Shown here: in pieces, positions 28,714 to 41,600 of the stretch
Position numbering within the stretch: position 1 is the stretch's first letter
Layout: every line of letters begins with the position of its first letter
Assembly (NCBI GenBank): GCA_965285935.1
Contig: OZ260661.1
Location: forward strand, 27,962,001-28,026,000
DNA: 64,000 bases
From: Ophelia neglecta
Lineage: Eukaryota
Reading direction: 5' to 3'
The notes under the pieces: generated by a model
Seen by the model: the letters and a program-made list of their open reading frames with translations, nothing else
Told to the model about the DNA's origin: nothing
Databases searched by the model: none
Translations under genes and position numbers: made by a program

Positions 28714-29617
28714 AAACTGACCCTCCTGAGAAACGAGAAAAGGCAAGTTTTTGGAATCTCCTCTATGAGTATACGCAGGTGACTACGATGCATGGTGTCC
28801 GGTACATCACTCTCCCTGGGCATTTGATGCGGAGGTAACTTCCAATATTTACCATATACGTCCTTTTCTCACTTTATTTCTAATTCACAAACAATAAATT
28901 CACTTAACTTGCTCCTTAAGTATTCGCAATATATGGTTAGTTGTTCAGTTGTTCAACATGATTACATCAGAATACCAAAATGTCCAATAAGCGTTTTTCC
29001 AAATATGCTGGAATGCTAACTTATCGACTTTTATCCTGCCCTACGTTCGATGAGAGCGCCAAAAGTAAAATGAAGCTATTTACTAACAACGTCAGATTTT
29101 CTTTGCTTATATTTCAAGTACATATTTTCCATTTCCTAACATGTAATTATTCAATATTTTTTTCAGAATCATCTGGATATTGCTAATTCTTGCAACATTT
29201 TCACTATTTTGTTATGCTCTATCTGGCAAAGTTCAATACCTGTGGAGTAATCCTAAATCGGTTAATATGGAAGTTAACTATCAGAACAATTTGACGTTTC
29301 CTTCTATCACTATCTGCAATGAAAATAAATACAGGTAACGTTGTGACCAAGTTACAAGATAAAATAGTTAGAATGTGAATTTTACACCAAGTTTCAACCT
29401 TTTTAAATCCTGTGAGAATAGCGAATAACGTTTCATAAGAGCTTCGAAGGAAGTGTGCCGGAAATCGCAATTATGAGACACTTGGTAACATTTATTATTG
29501 TTTCTTAGAATTGCTACTTTTATTATTCTGACAACAGGCTTACGGGTTTATTTGAAAGTGGACTCTATGACCTGTTGGTGAATAAGGAATCGATAGAGCG
29601 GCCTGTCAACACAAAAG
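28714..29617 (+). CDS. DEG/ENaC N-terminal part: re-entrant HG motif, TM1, beta1-beta2, start of finger (3 exons)
   Basis: Reads ...ASFWNLLYEYTQVTTMHGVRYITLPGHLMRR / IIWILLILATFSLFCYALSGKVQYLWSNPKSVNMEVNYQNNLTFPSITICNENKYR / LTGLFESGLYDLLVNKESIERPVNTK; canonical AG/GT boundaries. Confidence 0.92.
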
Positions 29618-32600
29618 GTGAGAATCTGCCAGAGCGCAACTCATTGTAATACAATTATGTGCAGGGCTTGTGATACTGTATATTTGTTAAAAAAAAACCA
29701 ACTACTTACCACCGTTTGGAAAAAGAATGGCAATATAGTCAAGGTGTCTTTTGTCTTGGTGCAGTAAACCAGCTTGTCACTTGTGCTTGAAAATGGATTT
29801 TCCAAGATTGTAGTAATGACGAAACGGCTGATTATTGCCCATTCGTATTTATGCTCCACAATATTCACTGTTTCAGGAGATTTATTTTCAAACCTGTTTC
29901 ATACTGTCGTAAACTGTATCTATATTTAAGAATATAAAGAATCTCTCCCGTGCAACTTTTTGTGGAACCTAGTTTGTATTACAGTCTAAATAGCACCAGT
30001 TTTTATTTTACATTTTTATTTTGAAAGATAATTTTGCCGATAAAAAACCTTAAATTTAATGTGACCACACTATTTGCTGCTATATTTCTATTTCTTTGAC
30101 TTTGTTATATACATTAATATGTATTTATTCAAGGTAAAAATTTGACCATGCTGAACAGTTGTGAATTTAAGCTACTACAACAATCTAACATTTCTAAATT
30201 GAATAGTTGTATTGGTATATCGAACCTTTAACATTTGTTCTCATCAACTTGTCAATTTGTAGGATCCTGCACGGAAGATGAATATTTTTATGTGGACGAC
30301 GTATGCGACTTTCCTAGCAGCTCAACGCTCATTGCCGATATTGTGAACACAACCAGAGTGGTATGCTTAAACTTATGTTCAAGCATTTACAATGACTCTT
30401 GCAGCGGAGTGTTTTATGACAGAATAGAGCGCTCTTGTATAGTTACCCCATATATTGGCCGGTACAATAGCAGCTTCCCGACATGTGATGACATTCCTTT
30501 GGAATACTATAGGAGAAGACGCTGCATCAGTGAGTTAATCTAATAGTATTGTCCAATTATTTGTTGAAAAAAAATTCTATATAGGGGGAAACCTGTGAAT
30601 TGAGACCATCCAAGGGACTGGAGAATACTCGTCTGATTGTAAATGCGGTCTGTTTAGACATGTTATTTTATATTGCAAGTGCGCATTATGGTCTTCTTAC
30701 TAGTGGTCTGAATTGGCAGGTGGTCTCAATATTTAGGTGGTCTTTGAGGCAGGTTTCACTGTATATACATTTATATAGTTATAGGTAAATACATAAATGA
30801 TATATATGTACAAGCACCGCAGATGAAAGGCTTTTGATTAAAAGCGGAGGCGCGGAGCCTTGCGGAGGTAAATTCCCAGATTAGAACACAGCGCTAGACC
30901 TATTAAACCTATTTCTAACCCTTTCCTAACCCTTAAATTAACCCTGAGATATATTCCTTGCCTTGCCGATGATTTTTTGCTTTGTTTCACTCAGATATAC
31001 CCATGACCTCCGCCTCCGCACTACCGCGTTTAATCAATAGCCAGATGAAAGGCAATTGCTATTAAATTTGACACGTTTCACATAGCTTGCTCGACCTTAG
31101 CTTCGATGTATATGCACTTTCACATTTTGTCATTGAACCTAGTTTCTAGCAAATATAAATATAGATAAGAAACTTGTTTTGTAATCACCAGATCACTTAT
31201 CAAATCTATTAAATAACAAAGGTATGATTTTTATGCTTTTGATGAATACATTGAAGCACGTCAGTGGTGCCTAATCAGAATTATAGTCAATCTGCACGAG
31301 CAAGGCGTGATATGGAATGATAGACGAAAAAAGTCGTGTTTTATTTATCTGCACCATACAGGGGCACTATCAGTTGGTATTCGAAGATCATTGCTAGCTA
31401 TAGGCATTTCAGAGTGACCGGGTTTTAAGCCTTTTTGAAGACAGCAGAATGGGTGCTACATTTCACTCTAATAACGATTTTCGAATTAAAAATTAATTAA
31501 TGAAGCAGAAATTTGCGCGAACTTTCACATAATAATTGAGTTGAATTATTAATTGACGACCATAACCCATTTTAGTTCAACCGTTTGGATCATTAAGATA
31601 TATGTCCTTCAGCAATATCGAGATTATATTAATGCAATTTAAAGCACCTCTCAATCAGTTAATAATAAATCGAGTCATAGAAACTCCATTACGTTTAGTG
31701 ATATCTCGCGGCACACTTTAAATATTTAGCTCATCCTCTATGCCACTCGGAGGCTTTAATGCATTAGGTGATAAGTAATAACAGTGTAGGGCAGTTAATA
31801 CAGTTTTAGTCAACCTAAAGTCATTGGTTCAAATGAAAAATGTTCACAAGTGGTTGACATATCCTTTGGTTTCTGTCATGAAACATCACAGAGCGATAAT
31901 AGTTAAACTTGACTTTGGCCATGAGGATGAAACTCCCCAAACCAGTCACACACAGAATATAACAATACAAAGTGGCAAAAGAGCCATTACAATTACATAT
32001 ATGTTGACCTTAACGATTTTTTTGTCTCCCGCATTTGAATTTATCCTAGTTTGACAACAAAATAAATATACCTTCTCTTATCAATAGAATAAGAGAATAG
32101 ACAAATTGATGGCAGAAAGATATTCATGAAACATGTTTTTTCACGCTCATCTGTACACGCAACCTGTTGCGGTTTTATTTCATTACATTTCAAAGCTTGA
32201 TACCTCCTGATGTCAGGTTGGAAATAGAAACGACAGTGTCCATGCTGCGAATACCTACACGAGTCATTTGTTTATGTGCTAATGGCGCCTTTCCTCTTTT
32301 TCCAAAATTGAGTTGTCTCAACTGAAGTGAACTTCTTATATCTTCGTAATGTTGTTGGGGAGTTTATTTATATTATACACTATATACCACGCCCACCTAT
32401 CTGATGGATCCATGCTGAAAAACAGATCGTACTGCAGTGTTACCACTAAGCTTAAAATAAAACAAAAGGACTGGGACTACCGGCAGACAAAGTAAAATCA
32501 TCACCGATAGGTAATTGAATCTATACGAAGAGCAGACGACACTGTAAAGGCACATTGTCGTTTGCAATGAATGGCTGATCCGTTCTAGTTCAGGCTGCTA

Positions 32601-35600
32601 TATAAATGATGTTCGGCAGCCAACGTTATAATAACGTGCATATTTGGGGGTTGGGGTTGCGTGGGATTGACAATCAGAATGTGGTGAAACGCAATACAAA
32701 TAGTACCCGTCCACATGAGGCTTGCTTTATATACCTATGCATTAATGCTTTTCATGAGTTTCATAGCATAATACGTCCTATATGTAATTCCAATGTGCTC
32801 GCCATGTATCATAGTTGTTTAATTCTTATGCCATACTCCATATAATTTGTATTACCCAGCTCAGGAAACAATAACTTGCAACTTCGAGGGGAATGCCTGT
32901 CCTTTTACCAATGACAACTCCGCCACAGAAGTGTGGAACGAAGTGAAAGCATTCAGACATACCATGGACAAAGATAACACTTTAGCGCGCGGTAAGAGTA
33001 AAGGTCACTATACATGAAAACAACGAATATATTAATGTCTAATAAAATGTCCCATACTTCACAAACTGGCTAGCTTGGTCAACAGGAAAATTAAATTTGA
33101 AATGTTAATTTATGGTAAATTAATATTTTCGTTTGCATTAAGTCAGAGTTTAGCTACACTATTTATTCAATATTTAAATAATAGGCTCGATTGTATTAAA
33201 TTTGAGTTAACGAATACATAAGCATGCTCGTTTCACACATTAGCTGGCCAAAACGGCTGTAAACATTCATTTCAAATCAGTGAAATATTTACTAATGCAC
33301 GCTCTCAACGATGTCAAATTGAATGCTTGGTGATAAAAGAATTAGTTTCATTAAACTTGCCCATTGTTTACATTGCCAAGTAGATTCATTCGATGATTAA
33401 TTATATCAAACCAATTTATGCATTATTCGATCAGCCTTATGGCATGTAAATAAAGTGTACTATGTAAATCATTAGAATAAGTCGATTGTATTTGTGGTAA
33501 AATAAACTTCTAAATTATGGAATAAAGTAGGTAATAGGGTTCGGTCAACAGATGAAGTGTTCGGTAAGGACTGCTTAACATCACAATATTCATTGAAAAA
33601 CATTCTTGTGGACAGTTTTGTTAGAACTCAGACTTTCTTTTACAATGTAAAAAAAAAAATTATCTTCTTTGTGCCTTTTTTCTTACAGAATCTGGTCATT
33701 ATCTTTACCTCCGTGAGTCGACAGACGAAGACAAAGTTGCCCGCTACATTAGCCCATACCTAAACACCACTGGGAAGTGTCTCGTTATGTTTTACGTTGC
33801 CTTCGGGGACAATCCCCCGGCTTTTAGAGTCCACGTCAAAACTGAGGAGAAAATTGAAAAGACAGTATTTGAACACTTCCACACCTTACAGGGAATGTAT
33901 GTGAATCCCTGGGAAGACTTGGAAAATAAAGATTTGACCTATCACTGGAAAAGGTTGGCCTAGCAGTGCAAGCTAACTTTTTATATAACTCTTAGTCGTT
34001 TCGTCTCTTTCGTGTTCTTTAGGCAAAATTATTCCAAAACGTTGTCAAACGAATAAACACAACATTTCTTTTTTCATCCAACAGGGTACAAATTGCCCTT
34101 CCAGTTGGGCCCAACCAGATTATATTGGAAGGCAGACGAAACGAAGACAGAATTTTAGGCGGTTTTGCGATTGATGACATATCAGTGAAACCATGTTCTG
34201 ATTTTACAAGTAGGTTATCTGTGAACGTTTGCATAATAAATCAAAAACCATTCACGTATACAGACCATAAAGGTTGCTTTTTAGGATAGTATTTCTACAA
34301 AAAAGTTTTAATTGCCCATGAAAATTATATGTAAATATGTCACTTTTATAAGTCTATTTTTGTGCATATAAACATACAGCCCAGGAATGCATTACAACAA
34401 GGCATGGACACGACTACTTAGGAAATAAGTCAATAGATGTCAACAGGTGGAAGTGTCAACCATGGGCGAATGTTACGGACATTAAAGTGGCTCTTCATGA
34501 TCTTCCAGAAGACAGCATTTATGATTCAGAAAACTTTTGTCGTAACATTCCAGGAATGGGATGGGAAAGCCCGTCCTGCTATGTGGAAGATCCCTGGGAT
34601 GGGGAAGATGTTTTACAACCATGTTCTATACCGTATTGTGGAAAGTTTCCGATATACATTTATTAACTTTTTGTTTATGATAATTTCGTTTATATATCAT
34701 AATTCAGATTAAATTTATCAAAAATAATGAATGGACTTTGGCTTGAGTAATCTAAAACGTAAAAAATGCAGACACTATAATCAGATAACACTGGCAACAC
34801 ACAAAACAACATATTAATAATCTTTCAGATTGCCCAATCGGCTGGTTCCGTTGCCGCAATACTTTTTGTATTCCAATGAGTTTGGCATGTAATCAGGACA
34901 ATGACTGTGGTGACAGTAGTGACGAAATATGGCCGTGTGGTAAATTGCCACCTTTTTCCCTAAGTTTACGGTCGTTCAATTATTTTGAAAAGAAATGAAG
35001 TTGTCAAATTAGCCGAACATCATTTAGAATATGAATTACTCCGATATTTGTTGACACTATTAGGAAACCCTTATATTATTTTCAGTTGAGGAAAAAAACA
35101 TAGTCTGTGACTTTGAAGAAGAATACATTTGTGGCTACTTCTTGTCTGAAAGTGCCGGGATTGCTGATTGGACGAGACACAGAGGGACAGGCTTCTCAAA
35201 CAAAACAAGTCCCAAGACGGATAGCAAAGGATCGTCCTTAGGTGAAATTTGTTCCATCTCCTATTAGCTTCTTAAATTAGCTTAATTAAATGTTAATCAA
35301 ATCCATTTGCATTTAGGTTACTACATGCTGTTTGACTCAAGGCGTTTCGTGATTGGTCAAATGGCATATATGGTCACTCCAAATATAACAGTGAAGAGAA
35401 ACGCAAAATTGGTGTTTTGGCTGCATATGGTGGTATCGGAAGCTGATTACATGACAGATCTTAGCTTTTTTTTGGCAAATGAACTTGGATTTGCCAATAA
35501 ACGTGTCTACGAGGCCTCGCCAACAAAAGGCTGGAAAAAAATTGAAATTGAAATTGAAGCTGGAACTTATCAACTAGTATTTAGGGCAACGTGCGGTGAA

Positions 35601-38600
35601 CCCTTCGAGAGTGATATTGCTATAGACAACGTCTACATCAAGGAGAGTGGCGATCAACATGACGTGGAGCACACGATTGGTGAATTAATTTGATTAAGTT
35701 TATCCCCAAATAAATAATTCTTTTACATGGACTTTTTTCGATAAAACGAATTGTTCATGAAACTTTAAATTACAGCAAAGCGTTTTCAGAATATTATGAA
35801 CTTAATAGAAAAGTCCGTACAATGCCCTTAGACCATCTCCTCCAACATTTGTTAATAGCATTGATCTTTCATTGTTACATTTAGATTCCAATAGTAATAA
35901 TTCCGCTGTTATATTCCACAAAAGTGAGACAAAAAGGTCTCATCTACAATAAAAAAAAGCTTTATGAAGTAACCTTACTAATTCCCAATTTTCACCTACT
36001 CTTTAAAAAATTAAGTACCTCCCATTCAGTACAAAGTTTAGATATTATTTCAGATGTTTTCAAATTGTCGTTAATATCAACTATGCTTTTAAGTAGTATA
36101 TATGTTTGATAAGCCATAGATTAAAACAAGATTGTCGATATATTTACCCTAGTAATCCGTTGTAACGCGTTGATGACAACTTTAACATGTATTTATAATA
36201 TATTAAATGATGAACCTACCTTTATGGTAAATACTGTCGAATGATCCAGACAGTTTTTCTTCATAGACGACCGCCAAACATATGAAAATTATATACGGGG
36301 GTTCTTGGAAATTAATGGAAATTCATCTGAGCTTGTTCAATTTGGGTCGGATTTGTTTTATCGCTGGTCGATCGATTCAGAAAAGTATCTATTGGATGAC
36401 CACGAAGCTGAGTCACACGATGGTAACGTTGTGATATATTGTTTGTAGTTATTGACTCGAATTAAACTTCTGGATTTAACCTTCCTAATAAGTTGTTTTG
36501 TTAATAGAAAGGTATTGTGCATATTAGCCTGTTTTTTTTTTGTTCAGGTTGTGGGGCACATTTCTATGGTAGTCATGGAGTTGTGTTTTCTCCAAACTAC
36601 CCAAATTTGTATCCTCCCGGCCTGGAGTGCATTTATACAATCCACATAACCCCGGGATCTACGACGTACCTTGATATTGTATCGATGGATATTGAATTCG
36701 TGGGTAAAGGGTGCATGTACGACAACTTACAGGTACATTTCATTTCTTATTGTTACAAAAGAGCGTTTCCAATCAGTATATTTCAAATGCTGAGCGTCAG
36801 GAGACTTGTAAATTTGTTTTGGGTAATGACCGATAGCATTTCTATTTGCATGAACTATTTAAAGGTTACAAACAGAGGATTGAAATTAGTTTTTGTGTCA
36901 ACTTCATTTATTTTATTTCTGTGAAGGCAGTAAGCAGTTGTCTTAAAGAGAAAAAAATATTTACATAAGTGGCCTAAAGAAAAACAGATTGTATTAGCTA
37001 AATGCTGTGCCACATCTAAGCCATAGCTCTGTATAATCTACAATAATTTTGCTTGACAATTTTGCCTTATAATGTTAATATATGATGCGTTTCATTTATA
37101 AAAAATCTCTTCCAAAAGATGATTTTCTTTCGCACTTCCATCCCTTAACGAAATGTATGTAGAGCAAAACCGTTTAATTGAATTATAAATGACTGCTTCC
37201 AAACATGCCATACAAAGAAATAAATAAGTGGGAAATTCAGCATTTTGTTAAATATACTGCACTTACAATTATACAGATAACCGACAACCAGAACATCGAT
37301 AAGGTATTTTGTGGGACTAGGATTCCTGATCGAATGATAACCAATTCCACCGAGATTACAATAACATTCATAACAGATGCATTTGATCACTTTCGTGGTT
37401 TTTTCTTGCGGTATACAGCGCTCACATCACATTTAGGTAAAGTATAATGACTTTGTATAGGGCAATATTCTAACAGTTTAGGATATATCTGCTGTTAACT
37501 TAGGGACTCCGAGTTTCATTTATGCCAAATAATTGATGTCGCGTGATGTTAATTATCTCGGTAAAGCCACGGTTTGTCTCAAAGATATCTAAATATCAAA
37601 CATTTCTTGTTACAGACGAAGCTATATTGTCATTACGGAGATCACCACCATATGGAGTAGCATTCGTCCCGTCGCACATGTTTCTGTATTCCCACGAAAT
37701 TAAGAATGGCCAATACTGCTTAAAAACAAATGTGTATATATTTTCCCAGTTCAAAATTGAGTTGCATTATTTGGTGAATGGCGTTTTATGGGAGGATGAT
37801 ATTTTTGAGATTTCGAGGGGACTTGGGGATGCCTGGCACAGCATAGCCATCAACATTAAGCCTACGCACAGTCCCGACAACGACTTCTTCCGTTTGATCG
37901 TTTTTAGTCGCTCATTGAGGGAAGTTCCAATAACTGCGGCAATAACCAAAGTGTTCCTAGATAGTGGAATTTGTCAAAAGCCTGGTATGGACATTATATC
38001 ATCAGTGTATATGACTTAAAATGGTAGATAAGGCAAAATAATATTATTGCACAGAATGGTAAATGTGCATTTTCCCAATCTTAATATAGCACAGACACAG
38101 TATTGCAGCAAAATTGGGCAGAAAATAGTAAACTATATGCATGGTGTCACTGCCCATTAAGGTGCAGTTCCTACCCATATCTTTACTTCATTCTAAGCCA
38201 AATTAGCAAAATTGTTGCAGACTGAATAAGATTTTGAATTTTATCCCAACTGAAGCGTTGACTTAGTTAAGTGACACTCGGTCGAAATAAGCACGAAATA
38301 AGTGACACAGAATATAGATTTGTCGTGTATATTTTACATGGAACATTTATTTTAAACATGGACGGTGTGGTAAGTTATCGATGATCATTCCTGTCCTTTC
38401 ACCATACTTATAATTTGACACGACTTCAGTTTCTAAACTGATTGAGACAACAAGACAAAAGACACTTTTCAGTATATAACTTTTATGCTCATCGCTAGTC
38501 ATATTTCAATCATCGTGGTCTTCCAGATTCGAACGACCCATTTGGTTTTCATATGGGGGGAATATGCCGGTAGGCACTGCAGCTCTATGGGCCGTCAGCA

Positions 38601-41600
38601 TACCGCCCATAATGAGTTGCATAGCTGTATCTTTTTCCAGGTGTTGTTTCAGTCGACGTTCTCAGTCCTTGTGTATTCGACGATCGTGCTCAGTGTGGCT
38701 TTCTGGATACAACCTTAACGGGGGGTCAAAGGTGGGTCCGTACAGAAGAAGCAATCGAAGGAACCGGTCAGTTTATTCTAATATATCTCATATTTAACTA
38801 GGATAAGTGTGTTCACATGTACATAAAAATGTAACATGACTGATAACTCGTTCTTCAAGGGCTTAGGGTTTACTTTTGGAACACATTATTGGACAACCAA
38901 TGTCTGTCTGTATAAATGCATTCTCCACAACTGGCAAACCTACTGTCAACAATATTATGTTGGAAAGTATAGATTAATTGCAATGCCTTACAGGAACACA
39001 CATGTTCTTCATGACGTTGGACCTAAGAAATGGAGCATCTGTTTCCACTCTGAAATCTCCTAGCGTATATGTCAGGACTAATTCTTGTCTGCAAATCGAA
39101 TACGGGATAGCCTCGCCTGTTAAAGACATGGCTAATGACGTAATCTATCACTCCACAGCCTCGACAGTTAGGCAATTCGCTATGTTTCTTAACATTACCA
39201 ATCTGGATACCATGAAGGCCAGTGGCAAAGTTATAGGTAGTCATCACAAAAGGAACAACATTTTCCTTGATGTAATGCAAGGAAATATTTCATTGTCATT
39301 AGAGGTGGCCTTACCCGACCGTGGAGAATTCACAGATGCAAATGCGTACCATGTCAGCCTATTCCTTGTCAATATATTAGACAGACCGTGCTCAGGTTAG
39401 TCTTAGTGGTAACTCTGACCGTAAATCATAATTCCCACATGTTATTATTTTTAAAATCATTGAATAGTGGTACCGAAATAAAATTTGTCATTTAATATTG
39501 ATTAAGTGGCAGCAAGAAAATCGGTGGATTGTACGTTTAAAGAACAACATCACTGTGGTTACCAATGGAAGGATTGGGACATTGATGTAAATCGAGGTAG
39601 TATGTCTGCTTGCGTTTCATGACAGTTGAATAAACTGTTATCCTGTGCTTTGTACTTTAAAATGTGCGTCCCTCCAATAACTGAATAAAATCTAACTGCA
39701 GTGGTGCTTTTGTGTACTAGGGGTTCTGACACTGACCGGAGAAAGTAATCTTCCCCAATCTACATGGTTGTCGTCCCCAGAAAAATTGTTTTCATACAGG
39801 CAAGAAGCCAGCATAGTCTGGAATGCAAGTGGAGGCTCCCTAGACATCTACAAAGAGTCGGGAGGCTTCATAGAAGACCTCTTATTTAGTCTTAAAGTAA
39901 CTGAACCAATAGAAGGACTTCGGACCGACAGATTCTGCTTGCCTCAGGGGCTGTATTCCCTCTATATTAGGTCTGTTTATGAAACCAACATGACAATTAG
40001 TGAAGTAAAATTAGGCCAAAACTGCTCCTATGCCAGCACACCTGTACTGGCAGGTAAGTAATGAAAGAAAACACGAAAAAATTGTATTTCACAAATATAT
40101 TTTAGCGTTTTCAACCCGCCAATATTTGATCATTGTAAAATTACACTGAAGATAATATTTGCGTTTCTCCAGATATTGATGGGATGTCTTGTGATTACGG
40201 CCATCCTGCAAATTGCTCGTTCATCACTTATGCTGATTTTCCTTTCACTTGGAATGTTTCAAATGTGGACGGTGAGTAGAAATTGTACTGTATAATTCTA
40301 AGATTGAAACTGTTTGTATCAGAAATTGGAATTCCTTTTTTTCGTTTAGCAAACGCAACTAAATAGTTTCTATATCAATCTATTTTATTACATCTATTAC
40401 ATGATACGAACATTCCATACTGCAATGCCAACAAGTCATTCTAAAAAGATTACACATACAGGCAATTCAGCAATGACCTTAGTCCAGTACAGAACTACCT
40501 ACACACCTCCCGAGGTTTGGGGAATCATTAACTCTCAAATAGTATCCCTTCCGGAGGAAATGTGCTTGGAAATTGTTATGAAGATTGCAACGAATTTTGC
40601 TTTGAATCTGCGAAACATACAACCTCATGAGTCTATGGACCGTATTGTGAACATACCTTATGACAAACGATTGGACAATATAACCAGCATCGTACGATCA
40701 ACGATAAAGGCAACCAACAACCTGGGATCGCAAATCTCATTAGAGTTCTTTTCTTCACAATTAAGAAGTCTTATGCCAGCAGTTTATAGGGTAAAAACAT
40801 ACCCCAGACATTGCAAATATGCACGTAAGTAATAGAGGAAAACGCGAAAATATGTTGAATTGAGGAAGAGAAGTTAAATCCACTATTGTAAATACCAGAT
40901 AAATACCAAGTACCCTCTAGGATATATTGGTAATAGAGAACTGGGACGTATTATATAGTTACTGATAGACCCTGGGCTGTCATTAAACAGGACTTCCAGA
41001 CTGGGTTCCGAAATGGTAGAATTTCTACACCGTTTTGATTAATGTACCAGTATTTTAAAACTTGTGAATTCCTGGGTTGGGTTCAGGGTCGAGAAACCGA
41101 ATTTTAACGTTGCCATCACATGGTAATTAAATATTTCTTGTAACGCAATAATGCATCCATCTGTGGATGGCATGTTATCAAACACGCTCCACATATATTA
41201 TTAAATTTATAGTTATGAAAGAAGGTGTAGTGAAAAATTTAGTTCTGCAAAACTTACTTACTTACTAGTCACACCGTGGTGGGACATATAGGCTAAAATA
41301 TTTTAGGGATAGATTAGACATGCGGGATGGAAGATGGATATAATTTCAGCATGCATAGGGATTAAAGGCAGCCTTCCCTACTCCTATTTATTAACTGGAA
41401 AGTACCACAAATGATATAGCATGTGGATTCCTCATATTTTATCCCACAAAATATATTTCTGATGCTCGCTTACTGTAGTATTTTGCTTTCATCCCCTAAT
41501 GGCATCACGTGTGCGGATGTACATTTGTTTTTTCAGGGTCGCCTGTCACTGCACTCAATTGCACTTTCGATGACAACAATTTGTGTGGATTTTTTCAAAG

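Noticed and set aside
38527-38569. Possible extra micro-exon (AG...GTAGG)
   Set aside because: Its phases do not fit the phase-1 neighbours and it has no recognisable motif.
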